Source: Flaccisagitta enflata (lineage: Eukaryota). Taken from it: DNA of 64,000 bases. Below the pieces are notes generated by a model. That model did no database searches. It was not told where the DNA came from and saw only the letters and a program-made list of their open reading frames with translations. Positions 1 through 14,272 of the stretch are shown in pieces. Location: assembly GCA_965153355.1 (NCBI GenBank), contig OZ231126.1, positions 10,788,001-10,852,000 of the forward strand. Direction: 5' to 3'. Position 1 is the stretch's first letter. Every line of letters begins with the position of its first letter. The position numbers and the translations under genes were made by a program.

Positions 1-3000
1 AAAACACCATCACCAAGTAGCAAAAACCACCAGCGCAGACCGGAGACCAACCAACCCCTCAAGCAACCAAAACACCATCACGTGGCTAAGCCACCCCGAC
101 GCGGACCAGGCCAGCCAGCCCTCAGCCAGCCGGCTTACCATCTCCGTGGCCAAAACTACCCCGTGAGACCGGAGACCAGCCAACCTCAACCAAACAAAAC
201 ACCAATACGTGGCTAAAACCACCCCGTGGACGGAGACCAACCAGCCCCTCAACCAACCTAAAAACACCATCACCGTGGCCTAAAAACCACCCCCGACGCA
301 GACCGGAGACCAACCAACCCCTCAACCAACCCAAAACACCATCACCGTGGCTAAAACCCACCCGGCATGAACCCAGGAGACAACCCCTCAGCAGCCCAAA
401 CACCAAATCTGCAGTGGCTAAAAACCACCGCGCAGACCGGGGCAACCAGCCTCAGCTTGGCTTCAAAACACCATCACCGTGGCTAAAAACCACCCCCGGC
501 CTTGCTGGACAAGGAGACCAGCCCAACCTCGCCAGCCAGAAAACACACACCATCTGTGTACAAAAACCACCCCGACGCCAGACCGGAGACAACCAACCCC
601 TCAGCAGCCGCTTACCATCACCGTAGTAAAAACCACCGACGCGAACGGAGACCAGCAACCCCTCAACCAGCCAGCGCCTGCGTCACCGTGGCTAAAACCA
701 CCCGGCGCAGACCGGAGACCATAACCCTCCTTGGCAAAACACCATCACCGTGGCTAAAAACCACCCGGCTATGAGACGGAGATCATCAGCCCTCAATAAA
801 AACACCATCACCGTGGCTAAAAACCACCCGCGCGGACCGGAGACCAACAGCCCTCAGCCAGCCATTATCACCGTGTTCCGCTCGCGGCGCGGGCAGGTCG
901 ACAACCCTCAGCACCAAAACACCATCTGCGTATTAAAAACCACCCGGCGCGGGCCGGGCCAGCCAGCGCCAAACCAGCCAAAACACCATCGTGGCTAAAC
1001 CGCGGCGCGGACGGGGGACAGCAGCCCCTCAGCCAGCCCAAGCCTGCGTCACGTGGCTAAAAGTGCCCGGCGTGGACCGGGGACCAGCCAACCTCAGCCA
1101 ACCCAAAAAACACCATCACCGTGGCTAAAACACCCCGGCAGGCCGGAGACCAACCAACCTCAACCAACTAAGCTTCCTGTCACCGTGGCTAAACCACCCC
1201 GAGCGCAGACTCGGAGCCAGCCAACCCTCAGCCAGCCAAACACCATCACGTGGCTAAAGCCACCCCGGCTGAGACAGGCCAGCAACCTCCAACCAACCCA
1301 AAAAACACCATCACCCATTAAAGCCACCGCGCAGACGGAGGACCAGCCAGCCTCAGCCAGCCAAACACCATCTGCCGTGGCTCAAAGCCACCCCGACGCA
1401 GACCGGAGACCAGCCAACCCTCAGCCAGCCTAAACTGCCATCACGGGTGACTCCATTGTGCTGGACGGAGACCAGCCAACCCCTCAACCAGCTGGCTCTC
1501 ATCACCGTGGCACAAAACCACCCCAGCGCAGACCCAGGAGACCAGCAGCCCTCAGCATTAAGCCGCCATCACCGTGGCTATAAAAACCACCGGCAGACCG
1601 GAGATGACAACCCTCAACCAGCCAAACATACCATCCGTGGCTAAAAACCACGGCGCCAGACCAGACCAGCAACCCTCAGCCAGCTTAAAACATACCATCG
1701 CCGATAATTAAAAACCACCCCGACGCAGACCGGAGACCAACCAAGCCCTCAGCAGCCCAAAACACCGTCGTGGCTAAGCCACCGGCGCAGACCAGGACCA
1801 GCCAGCCCCTCAGCCAGCCAAAACGCCGTACGATAGCTAAAAACCACCGACGCAGACCGGAGACCAGCCAACCCCTCAACCAGCCCCAAACACCATCACC
1901 GTGGCTAAAAACCACCCAGCATGGGCCGGAGACCAGCCAACCCTCAACCAGCCCAAACACCATCACACCGTGTTCAAACCACCCCAGACGCAGACAGGAG
2001 ACCAACCTCAGCACAACCCAAATATATATCACCGTGGCTAAAAACTACCACGACGCAGACCGGAGACCAAGCAACCCCTTCAGCAGCCCAAACCACCATC
2101 ACCGTGGCTAAAAGCCACCCCGACGCAGACCGGAGACCAGCCAAGCCCTTCAACAGCCTAAACCGCCATCATCGCAGCTAAAAACCACCCCGACGCGGAC
2201 CGGAGACCAACCAACCCCTTCAGCAACCCCAACCACCATCACCGTGGCTAAAAACCACCCCGACGCAGACCGGAGACCGACCAACCCCTTCAGCAACCTA
2301 AAACACCATCACTGTGGCTAAAAGCCACCCCGACGCAGACCGGAGACCAGCCAACGCCTTCAGCAAGCAAAAACACCATCACCGTGGCTAAAAACCACCC
2401 CCGACGCAGACCGGAGACCAAGCAGCCCCTCAACCAACCCAAAACACCATCACCGTGGCTGTCACCCCGACGCAGACCGGAGACCAGCAGCCACTCATGT
2501 TAAAACACCATCGCCGTGGCTTAAAACCACCCCCAGCCCAGACCGGAGACCAGCCAACCCTCAGCAGCCCAAACTTACCATCACCGTGACAAAAACCACC
2601 CGACACAGACCAGGAGACCAGCCGACCCTCAACCAACCAAAACACCATCACCGTGGCTAAAAACTACCCGCGCGGACCCGGAACCAGCCAACCCCTCATC
2701 AACTCAAAAACACCATCACGATGACTAAAATACCCCAGCGCGGACCAGGAACCAACCAACCTCAGCAACCCAAACATCTGCGTGGCTAAAAGCCACCCGG
2801 CGCGACGGAGACCAGCAGCCCCTCAGCCAGCCCCAAAAACACCATCACTGTGGCTAAAAACCACCCCGACGGCAGACCGGAGACCAGCCAACCCCTCAAC
2901 CAACCCAGCACCATCGCAATGGCTAAAACCACTGACGCGAACCAGGACCAGCCAACCACAGCCAACAAACACCATCTGTTAGCTCAAAATACACCCCAAC

Positions 3001-4114
3001 ATGAGACCGGAACCAACCAGCCTCAACCAACCCAAAAAACACCATGTGACTTGAAAGCCACCCCTGGCCTTGGACCAGGAACCAACCAGCCCTCAGCCAG
3101 CCCAAAACTTCACCATCACATGGCTCAAAATACCCAGACGCGGACCGGATAACCAGCCTCAACCAGCGCCCAAAACACCGTCACCGTGGTACAAAAACCA
3201 CCCGACGCAGACCGGAGACCAACCAGCCACTCAACCAACTAAAAATACCATCACCGTGGCTAAACCACCTGGCGGCAGGGACCAGCCAACCCCTCAACCA
3301 GCCCAAGTGCCACCCTGCATCCTGGTGGCTAAGCCACCCCGGCCAGACAGGACCAATAGCCCTCAGCCAGCCAAAAGCACTGCGTCTGCGATATTTCCCT
3401 AAAAACCACCCCCGACGCGGACCGGAGACCAACCAACCCCTCAACCAACCCAACACACCATCACCGTGACTAAGAACCACCCCCGACGCAGACCGGAGAC
3501 CAGCCAGCCTCAGCCAGCCCAAACACCTCTGCGATGTTAAAGCCACCCCGGCTGGCAGACGAGCCAGCAACCTCAACCAACCAAAGACATATCACCGTGG
3601 CTAAAAACCACCGGCGCAGACGAGGAGACCAGCCAACCTCAACCAACCCAAAAACACCATCACCGTGGCTAAAAACCACCCCGGCGCGAACCAGAACCAG
3701 TAACCCCTCAACCAACCAAACACCATCACCGTGGCTAAAAGCCACCCGGCCTTCAGACCCAGGAGACCATCAGCCCCTCAACCAGCCCCAAAACGCCTGT
3801 CACCGTGTCAAAAGCCACCGGCGTGACCAGACCAACCAGCCCTCAGCCAACCCAAAACGCCATCACCGTGGCTAAAAACCACGGTTGGATGAGGGCCAGC
3901 CAGCCTCGACAGCAAAACACCATCTGTGTTCGCCACCCACGGGCGCCCAGACCAGGCCAGCCAGCCCCTCAGCAGCCTAAACACCATCACGCGTGTGCAA
4001 AATACCCCCAGAGCGCAGGCCAGGTCAGCAACCTCAGCAGCCAAAACACCATCACCTAGTGACTAACAAACCACCCCCGACGCAGACCGGAGACCAACCA
4101 ACCCCTCAACCAAC
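1..4114. repeat. ~70-bp tandem satellite (roughly 58 units, runs off the left edge)
   Basis: Consensus AAAACACCATCACCGTGGCTAAAAACCACCCCGACGCAGACCGGAGACCAACCAACCCCTCAACCAACCT; ACCGTGGCTA-like motif recurs at 2101, 2171, 2241, 2311, 2381 (period 70). Confidence 0.96.
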
Positions 4115-4552
4115 CTACACCTAGATATCTTACCCAGTTCATTTGGTGACCGATTGCCGGTCAACATCCCTCCCACCTCCATGTTTGACTTCTGAATAAA
4201 TTGTTTTACCTGATCACAATCCTGTTATGACATGATCGATATTTTTGAGTCGCAACAATCAGAGATTAAATCGTCATTTGCTGTCTCAAGTTGTCTCCTT
4301 CATTAGGCAGTCTCAATTCTTTATTGTGAGGTAACTACAATCACTCTAGTTGAATTTTTGTTCTTTTTATCATTGTGTTAATATCTGATAGCAGTATGCA
4401 AATGGTTTTAAATTTTTTTGCGACTGTATTTTTAAAAAATTCTTGCAAATGATTGAATGTTTCTGTCTCTCATCAATGCAATATCAAGATTCTTGGTTCG
4501 TTTTTATTTTCAAGCATTATGTATGAGAATAATAGAAAAACAAAGAATAATA

Positions 4553-5210
4553 CCAGTAATGGCGGCTGTTGCCGTGAGGAAAAAAGTTGTAATCATTGGT
4601 CACTTTTCACCATGTTTTTATCTTCAATCCCTGCATTTTTTTTTAGATCAAATCAAGAGCAGTAGTATATATTGGTTGCACTGAAAATCAGAGAAAATTA
4701 GAACCAAGTAAAATGAGCTAGATGAGCTCAAATACTCAAAATTAATCAACCAAATATCCAGCAATGCTAACTGAAATGCTTTCTTGTGTTTGCATGCTCA
4801 ATTAAAACATTTATTTATCCTATTAAAATTCAGATAAAAAACTGAGCTAAATGAGCAAAATGAGCTAGAATACTTAAAAATACCCTCATAGATGTGCAGC
4901 TTGAATCACTGACATGCTTTCTTATGGCTGCTTGCTTAAATATGTATCAGACTATTTAATCCTTTATCGCATCTAAAATCAGTAAAATAAACTGAGCTAA
5001 ACGAGCTAAATGAGCTAAAATGCTCAAAAACACTCACAGATGTGCAGCTATGCTCATAAACATGTCTTCTTGTATTTGCCTGCTCAAACAAACTTGCATA
5101 AACTCCTTTTTTGATCCTTTTTAAAATCATAAAAAATTGAAAAAAAAATTAATTAGAATTTTTTGTGAAAAAATCTTTAAAAATTCATAACGCAATAAAT
5201 ATTTGCCGAA
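4553..5210 (-). mobile_element. Truncated copy of Helitron-like non-autonomous family (family H)
   Basis: Begins CCAGTAATGGCGGCTGTTGCCGTGAGG and carries the AAATGAGCT subrepeats shared with copies at 8443, 35702, 44246 and 57371; far end missing. Confidence 0.7.
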
Positions 5211-6029
5211 GAACCAACCAACCCCTTAACCGACCTACACTTTGATATCATTCCCAACTCCTTTATTGGCTGGTTTTTGGTCAACATCCCTCTAGCTTCT
5301 AGTATGACTAGCTGGGGTACTCTAGCTCAAATTTAATAGTCCTCAGTCACTTTTAAGTATGGTTTTCTTTCTATGGAGCAAGTCCAGATAATTTTGCACA
5401 CCCTGTTAAAGAACTTTGTACTACAGTTATGTTTGTCGTACTATGTTTTGTTGTTGTCATTGTAGTTGTTGTTGTTGTTGACGTTAACTTTTTTCCGCGC
5501 GGATTTGTTTAGTTTTGAGCAGGCCCGCTGTTGATTTGCATAAGAAAGACGTTGATCACTTTGCTTTGTAAAGCATCCACCATAGCATCCTTTCATTTTC
5601 CTCTGATCTTTTATGTAGTCGATACTCGAATGTGACATTGATTTTATGCCTAATTTGTGCTCCCGAAGCAACGACAACGACAGTAAACATATGTATAGTA
5701 CAAGCATCAAATCGTCAACGTTGGAAATTCCAACTTGGGAATTGTTTAAAGACTTATGTGATGACTAATTGAAGGATGACATTGCCCATTCGATTTCCCA
5801 ATATGGGCTGACTGATATGACTAAATGAGTGTGCTTCCGATTCAACGATCTAATGAACAAACAATCAAATGAACAAACAAACGAACAAACGAAAAAACGA
5901 ACGGACAGACGAACAGATGCAAAACGATCAAACGAACCGCGCCTGGGAAAATGGGATATTTAAGACGCTCAGCGTATTGCGAAGGCGCCGTTGACTTCGT
6001 GTGGAGTTGGTTAGCGATTCCTGTTGGAG

Positions 6030-6320
<291 letters not shown>

Positions 6321-6539
6321 CTGCCATATTTGTTGCTTTTCTTGTCGCTGCTCGGGCTGGGATCGAGTGAGTCACGATGGATTACGTTAGTTGATGTCCC
6401 GTTGGAGCTGTTGGGTGGTTTTGACGGTCGTCCATTGAAATCTGCGGCCGTGAGAGAAGTTGCAGGTTGGCGTCGTCGACGCTCGTCGAGGCCACGTCTT
6501 TCGTCGTTCGGTTGGGGGTGTCATCGGTCGAGTTGGTCA

Positions 6540-7010
6540 ACGCCAGTCAAGACACTCGTAGAAATGGTCCTGATGCACATCGTATTCAATTTTGAGAACA
6601 ATCCGAGCTACAATGGCCGTTCGAAAGTTGTTTGAAATTGGCGTTCCCGGCGGTCGTGGTACTCGAACCTTTCGTCGATCGGTTGAGGATGTTCTCGGGC
6701 GAGTAGGTCGATGCCGGTCGGGACACTCGTAGAGGAGGTCTTGATGCACCTTGTATTAAATTTTGAAAACAATCGGGGTCGAATTCGCCGTTCGAGAGGC
6801 GTTTGAAGTCGGCGTCTCCGGCGGTTGTCGTGCACGCGACTTTCGACGATTGATTGGGGGTGATGTCGGTTGAGTAGATGGATGCCAGATGAGACACTCG
6901 TAGAGATTGATGAAGGTTGTGTGTGATTTTCAGAACAATCCGAGTCGAATTGGCCGTTCGAGAGACGTTTGAAGTTAACGGCGGCTTGTGCTCGTCAAGG
7001 ACGCCAATTT
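6540..7010. repeat. Diverged 171-bp tandem repeat (~3 units), CpG-rich
   Basis: GACACTCGTAGA at 6551, 6722 and 6893; AACAATC and GCCGTTCGA motifs recur with similar spacing. Confidence 0.85.
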
Positions 7011-7749
7011 TTGAGACCATAAACGAGTATGAGGAAATTTAGTCGATCCCGTTGCCTCCGACGGACGAAACTTATATCGTTGTTAGAGTAGGTATAGAGG
7101 TAGTACCACACCAAATTTCAGCCAAATCGGTCTGCAGGTTCGGCGTCACGAGGTCGTCAAAGTTGGCGTCGCGATGGTTGGTTTAAGAGTGAAGTTTAAG
7201 AGTGAGTGTCATTGTCGTTATCGCCGTCATCTATGATGCCATTGTTGTTGTTGTTGTTTTTGTTGTTTTTGTTGTTGAATTTCCTTCCCTGCATTATCGC
7301 CGACCAGAACGTTTATGGCAAGCACAGTTGAAACGTTGCATAATGAATACTGTCATAGTCCTACTACACATAATGCACGAACCAGCGTTGAAACGAGTCT
7401 CTGAATGGCGTAACCAAGGTTACGTGACAACAAACAAAGGCATCGATTGACTGGAGTCAAGAAAAGATGTTTAGGAATCTGTTCGCTCTCTTTTTTCTTT
7501 CGATAAAGTCGGTTAATTTGCATATTGCAGTAACGTCTATTTCTCTTTTTTACCGCTAACGTTAGAGTTTGGCACACATCGTCCACACCCAGTGACATGC
7601 CTACCTTATTTCTGAATGCCTTGAGGTAGTTACTTTAGTGGTATCTATCTAACGTTAGCTAACGTTTGAAGAAAACTGGAAAAATGTTTTTTTCGACATA
7701 ACATGACATTTTAAGACACATTGATACTTTCCGGGTCACGGCCCATTGT

Positions 7750-7896
7750 GGGTCGGTCCATCCGTTCGTCACACTTTACTTTTTCTGGGTTTTTGCGGTT
7801 TTTGGCCTCACTGCTCCTGCCCAAATGATGGAGTGACCTCAATTATGGCCCCTGCCCACCCGCACGCGACTAGGGTAGCCGTGTATCCGGCCTTGT
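7750..7896 (+). mobile_element. DINE-1/HINE-like element, partial
   Basis: GTCC/GTCG microsatellite, CCCCTGCCCACCCGCACGCGACT subterminal repeat and GCCGTGTATCCGGC terminal stem-loop followed by CTTGTT. Confidence 0.75.
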
Positions 7897-8163
7897 TGTT
7901 TCTTCATATCATATTAGTAAGGTGAAGGTATACTCAAAACTTATGCTATGTGCGCCATTCTTCATGGGCTTGCTCACTAATTTCGATCACTCCCTCGTGG
8001 GGCATGGCCAGTTGAAATTCATAAACAGTGAATGGGAAATTCATAAACGTTGAATGGGAAATTCATAAACGTTGAACAGGCGTTGAACCGGAACACTATC
8101 GAGCCATGCCTGCTCTCTCACTCACACGCTCAGGACCTCTAAAAATCTGTTTCTATCTACTAC

Positions 8164-8165
<2 letters not shown>

Positions 8166-8233
<68 letters not shown>
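8166..8233. repeat. (TG)n microsatellite
   Basis: Pure GT dinucleotide run. Confidence 0.98.
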
Positions 8234-8236
<3 letters not shown>

Positions 8237-8442
8237 ACAGACCGAATAGATAACAATTTCAAGTCAGCCCATTCGTAAATAGTTAGTAACAAGATTTCAA
8301 CGTAACCTGGAAGTTAAGCAGAAAATTTATAGAAAATATTTTCTGCATCTTTTTTTTATGCTTTAAAAGTTATTAGGTTTCAATTCCAAGTTTTACTTTC
8401 TCAATGAACCAACACAATACCCACAATTTTTCATGTCAGTTA

Positions 8443-9275
8443 CCAGTAATGGCGGCTGTCGCCGTGAGGAAAACAGTCGTAAGTGTTGTTCATTTTTCAC
8501 CAAACTTTTGTCTTCAGTCATTGCAATTCCTTTTATTTGTTAAATCAAATTAACAGCAATTGTATGTATTGGTTTCACTGAAAATCAGAGAAAAATAGGA
8601 CTGAGCCAATTGAGCTAGATGATATTCAGAATCACTCAACCAGACAACCAGCTATCCTTACTGACATGCTCCCTTGTATTTGCATGTTAAAATCAAAAAA
8701 TTTATTCATCTGTTTTGAAATCAGAAAAAAAGAGCAAGCTAAATGAGCAAAAGGAGCTAAATGAGCTAGATTACTCAAAAACACCCTTACAGATGAGAAG
8801 CTCTGCTCACTGACATGCTTTCTTGTATTTGCATGCTCAAACATGAATCAAAACATTTATCACATTTCAAATCAGAAAAAAAACTGAGTGAAATGAGCTA
8901 AATGAGCTAAATTGCTCAAAAACACCCTCACAGATGAGCAGTTATGCTCATAAACATGTTTTCTTATATTTGCATTCTCAAACAAATTTAGATACACTCC
9001 TTTATTGATCCTACTTAAAATCATAAAAAATAAAAAAATTCAATTTAGATTTTTTGTAAAAAAATCTTTAAAAATTCATAGCGCAAAAATAATTTGCCGT
9101 AGAGCATTCTGCTTGGCGCCAAGTGAAAGAGAATTATCAAATTTACTTTCCCTATCTATTTCTTTGAGGGACCAATCGCCCCTATAAGTTCCGAGATTTC
9201 CTCATAAGAATATGAAAACCCCGTTTCTCTCGAATATGTCAAAAAGTCAAAGACTGACTTCGACTTCTTTCCCGA
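8443..9275 (-). mobile_element. Full-length family H element (Helitron-like, non-autonomous, ~830 bp)
   Basis: On the minus strand it reads A|TCGGG...hairpin(ACGGCGACAGCCGCCAT)TACTGG|T; a second hairpin AAAAGTCRAAG-actga-CTTCGACTT lies near the TC end; no TSD seen. Confidence 0.65.
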
Positions 9276-9612
9276 TGAAGGTTAAAAGTTTTTTTTCTAA
9301 CTATCATCACCTCAAAGGTCATCAGCAACGATTTAAAAAAAGTGCCTAATGGCAGAAAAAAAAGTATTTATTAGAATGGATACGGTGTTATCCATTTATG
9401 ATTATGATTATAATTTGATTGGAAAATCATTAGAATTAAAACTTATTAGTCATGAATTATGAAACAAAGCCACAAACAGGGCCAATCAGTGGTCGCTTGT
9501 GGGTGGTCAGGGGCAGTAATTCGAGTAGGCTGGGGCAATACATATGTTGATGGGCGGTATCTGTGATGTTGATGGGCGGTGACTGTGATGTGGCTGGGCC
9601 GGGCAGCGGGTA

Positions 9613-10203
9613 ACAGTGGCAAAAAAAAAACCGGACGCTGTTTTTTGATCAAGAATTTCTCAGTAACTAAAAAAGATAAACCCTTAAAATCCATGACGGT
9701 TTCAAAGAGCTTTGAAAAATCTTTCATTTGAGCTCTCACAGAACATTGTAGCTTCAAAACTTTAGAAGTTATGATGCTTTAAAGATAACTACTCAAAAAT
9801 CTCGAATCTGGTGTCAATCTTTTGAGAGTAACTATCTTTGAATTGATATAGCTTGAAAACGAATAAGAATCATGATTTCTGCTTGATTCCATCTTGTAGA
9901 GAATTCAAAATACTTCAATTTTGCCTAGAATTTCGTTCCATTTATTTGATTTCTTCATCCTACAGAATATGTAAAACAAAAAGTGTCTTATTGTAAAACC
10001 CAGGAATTTGCTTTTAAGAAAATGGGTGTTGAATTTCAATCTTACGTCATTTTAAAAGGACTTGAGCTAGAAGTTTATGCTTGGTCTAGATTTGTAGAAT
10101 TTTTGAAGCTCTTTAAAATGCTCATGGATTTAAAGTGAAAAATATGTGTAGTATTCAGTCAATCATGAAAAACTAAGCGTCCAGTTTTTTTTTTGGCCAC
10201 TGT
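9613..10203. mobile_element. TA-flanked MITE (Tc1/mariner-like)
   Basis: ta|ACAGTGGC(A)10CCGGACGCT ... AGCGTCCAG(T)nGGCCACTGT|ta terminal inverted repeats; no ORF. Confidence 0.8.
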
Positions 10204-10468
10204 TATGACGTTCGAAATCGCTCTTTTAGACAATTTCAGTTCAAGTTCCAGATCTTCTTAGCAAGCAACTGAAAATGTTGATGAATGTTTAAAAAACTCT
10301 CCCCGACATGGACGCGTTACCGGCGAGTGTTACTCCGCGTTACCAGCGAGCGTCATTCCGTGTTACCCGCATGTGTCACTGCGTTACCGGTAGTTGAAAA
10401 CAATGAAATATAGAAGGGTAACACCACGTTACCGGTGTTACTAAAATGGAGGTCCGAATTTCACTGTG

Positions 10469-13400
10469 TTGGATACTGGAATCTGGATACTGGATACTGG
10501 ATACTGGATACTTGATTCTCTGTAAGCCTAGAAAATGTTGTCTTTTTGTTTTAAACATGCGACCCTTGACCCTTAATGCTAGTCTTCAGTATCTAAGCTC
10601 AGACTAGAGTCCATTGTTTGAGTGTATGTGGTGATGCAGATACTGGATACTGGATACTGGATACTGGATACCTGATTCTCTCTTATTAGATAAGACTTTT
10701 TTTATTTCATATAATGGTGTGACATTAAACTATTAGGTGACACGGACATGTTAATTAGGCCTGTTTTATGCTTCAGTAAGATCACAGAGAATGAAATGAA
10801 TGACCTTTTACTGGCTTAAACTAATTCATTAAAGATGCAAGAGTACTGGATACTGGATACTGGATACTGATACTGGATACTGGATACTGGATACTGGATA
10901 CTTGATTCTCTGTCAGTTTAGAAAATGTTGTCTTTTTGTTTTAAACATGAATCTCTTGACCCTTAATGCTAGTCTACAGTATCGGCTCAGACTAGAGTCC
11001 ATTGTTTGAGTGTATGTGGTGATGCAGATACTGGATACTGGATACTGGATACTGATACCTGATTCTCTCTTATTAGATACGACTTTTTTGCTTCATAATG
11101 GTGTGACAAAAAGATTTAGGTGACACAAACATGTTAATTAGGCCTGTTTTATGCTTCAGTAAGATCATAGAGAATGAAATGAATGACCTTAATCAGTTTA
11201 AACTAATTCATCAAAGATGGTGGCGCAGATACTGGATAATTGCAATGGATAATTGGATACTGATACTTGATTCACAAGCTCTAGAAAATGTCTTTTTGTT
11301 TTAAACATGCGACCCTTGACTTTTAATGCTAGTCTACAGTATCTAAGCTCAGACTAGTCCATTGTTTGATGTGTATGATGCAGACATTGATACTGGATAC
11401 CGATACCTGATCTTTCTTATTAGATAAGACTTTTTTATTTCATATAATGGTGTGACAAAAAACTTTTAGGTGACACTTGACATGTTAATTAGGCCTGTTT
11501 TATGCTTCAATATCATAGAGAATGAAATGAATGACCTTTTACTGGTTTAAACTAATTCATCAAAGATGGTGGCGCAGATACTGGATACTGGATACTGGAT
11601 ACTGGATACCTGATTCTCTCTTATTAGATAAGACTTTTTTTATTTCATATAATGGTGTGACAAAAGACTTTTAGGTGACACGGACATGTTAATTAGGCCT
11701 GTTTTATGCTTCAGTAAGATCATAGAGAATGAAATGAATGACCTTTTACTGGTTTAAACTAATTCATCAAAGATGGTGGCGCAGATACTGGATACTGGAT
11801 ACTGGATACTGGATACTGGATACTGATACTGGATACTGGATACTTGTGATACTTGATTCTCTGTGTTTAGAAAATGTTGTCTTTTTGCTTTAAACATGCG
11901 ACCCTTGACCCTTAATGCTAGTCTACAGTATCTAAGCTCAGACTAGATTCCATTTTTTGAGTGTATGTGGTGATGCAGATACTGGATACTGGATACTGGA
12001 TACTGGATACTGAATACTCTATATTAGATAATGGACTTTTTTATTTCATATAATGGTGTGACAAAAACTTTAGGCATTAATGACATGTTAATTAGGCCTG
12101 TTTTTATGCTTCAGTAAGATCAAAGAGAATGAACACTGACCTTTACTGGCTTAAACTAATTCATTAAAGATGGTGGTACAGATACTGGAGCATTGGATAT
12201 TGATACTGGATACGATACTGGATACTGGATACTGGATACTTGATTCGCTGTAAGCCTAGAAAATGTTGTCTTTTTGTTTTAAACATGCGACCCTTGACCC
12301 TTAATGCTAGTCTACAGTATCTAAGCTCACACTAGAGTCCATTGTTTGAGTGTATGTGGTGATGACACTGGATACTGATACCTGGATACCTTGATTCTCT
12401 TATTAGAAGACTTTTTTTACTTCATATAATGGACAAAAACTTTTAGGTGACACATGTTAATTAGGCCTGTTTTATGCTTCAATATCATAGAGAATGAAAT
12501 GAATGACCTTTTACTGGTTTAAACTAATTCATCAAAGATGGTGGCGCAGATACTGTACACTGGATACTGGATACTGGATACATGATTCTCTTTTATTAGA
12601 TAAGACTTTTTTATTTCATATAATGGTGTGACAAAAGACTTTTAGGTGACATTGACATGTTAATTAGGCCTGTTTTATGCTTCAGTAAGATCATATGAGA
12701 AGAAATGAATGACTTTTTACTGGTTTAACCAATAATAAAGTCCATTGTTTGAGTGTATGTGGTGATACTGATACTGGATACTGGATACTGGATACTGGAT
12801 AAGCTGGATACTGATTCTTCTGTAAGCCTAGAAAATGTTGTCTTTTTGTTTTAAACATGCAACCCTTGACCCTAATGCTAGTCTACAGCAGTATCTAAGT
12901 CAGACTAGATTCCATTTTTGAGTGTATGTGGTGATGCAGATACTGGATACTGAGGATACTGGATACTGGATACCTGAATCTCTCTTATTAGATAAGACTT
13001 TTTTATTTCATATAATGGTGTGACAAAAAACTTTTAGGTGACACCGTGACATGTTAATTAGGCCTGTTTTTATGCTTCAGTAAGATCAAAGAGAATGAAA
13101 TGAATGACCTTTTACTGGCTTAAACCAATTCATTAAAGATGGTATGTAGATACTTGGGATACTGGATACTGACATTGATACTGATAATGGATACTGATAC
13201 TGATAATTTGATTTTCATGGGTTTTCAGAAAATGTTGTCTTTTTGTTTTAAACATACCACCCTTGACCTTAATGTTGAAGGTCTACAGTATCTAAGCCCA
13301 GACTAGAGTCCATTTTTTGAGTGTATGTGGTGATGCAGATACTGGATTCTGGATACTGGATACTGGATACTTGATTCTTTCTTATTAGATAAGACTTTTT

Positions 13401-14120
13401 TTATTTCATATAACAGTGTGACAAAAGACTTTTAGGTGACACGGACATGTCAATTAGCACTGTTTTATGCTTCAGTAAGATCATAGAGAATGAAATGAAT
13501 GACCTTTACTGGTTTACTCATTACTGATACTGAAAAAAAATGTTCATTCTGATACTGATACTGATACTGATACTGATACCGATACTGTGGATACTTGATA
13601 CTTGATTCTCTGTAAGCCTAGGAAATGTTGTCTTTTTGTTTCAAACATGCGACCCTTGACCCCTTAATGCTGGTCTGTAGCATCTGCTCAGTTTAGGAGT
13701 CCATTTTGAGGTATGTAGATGTTGCAGATACTGGATACTGGATACTGGATACTGGCTACTTGATTCTCTCTTATTAGATCAGACTTTTTTATTTTATATA
13801 ATGGTGAGACAAAAGATTTTTAGGTGACACGGACATGTTAATTAGGCTGCTGTTTTATGCTTCAGTAAGATCATAGAGAATGAAATGAATGACCTTTTAC
13901 TGGTTTAAACTCATCCATCAAAGATGGTGGCGCAGATACTGGATACTGGACACTGGATACTGGATACTGGACATTGAATACTGGATACTGGATACTTTCA
14001 TCTCTGTAATCTCTAGAAAAGGTTAGTCTTTTGTTTTAAACATGACTCCTGACTTAATGCAGTCTACAGTATTCGTTTCAGATCAGAGTCCATATTTGAG
14101 TGTATGTAGAGGTAGATACT
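10469..14120. repeat. Composite satellite: two subunits (A, B) separated by (GGATACT)n tracts
   Basis: A = TGATTCTCTGTAAGCCTAGAAAATGTTGTC...GTATGTGGTGATGCAG; B = CCTGATTCTCTCTTATTAGATAAGAC...AAAGATGGTGGCGCAG; about 19 subunits. Confidence 0.95.
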
Positions 14121-14165
14121 GAGAGAGACAAGAAGACGGGAAAACAAGGCCGGGATCAAAGCATA

Positions 14166-14268
<103 letters not shown>

Positions 14269-14272
14269 GTTA

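Noticed and set aside
1-4114. Numerous 60-130 aa ORFs
   Set aside because: They are translations of a 70-bp satellite (period not divisible by 3) in all frames.
10469-14120. CRISPR-like repeat/spacer appearance
   Set aside because: The spacers are two recurring modules rather than unique sequences, the repeats are variable 7-mer tracts, there are no cas genes and the context is eukaryotic.
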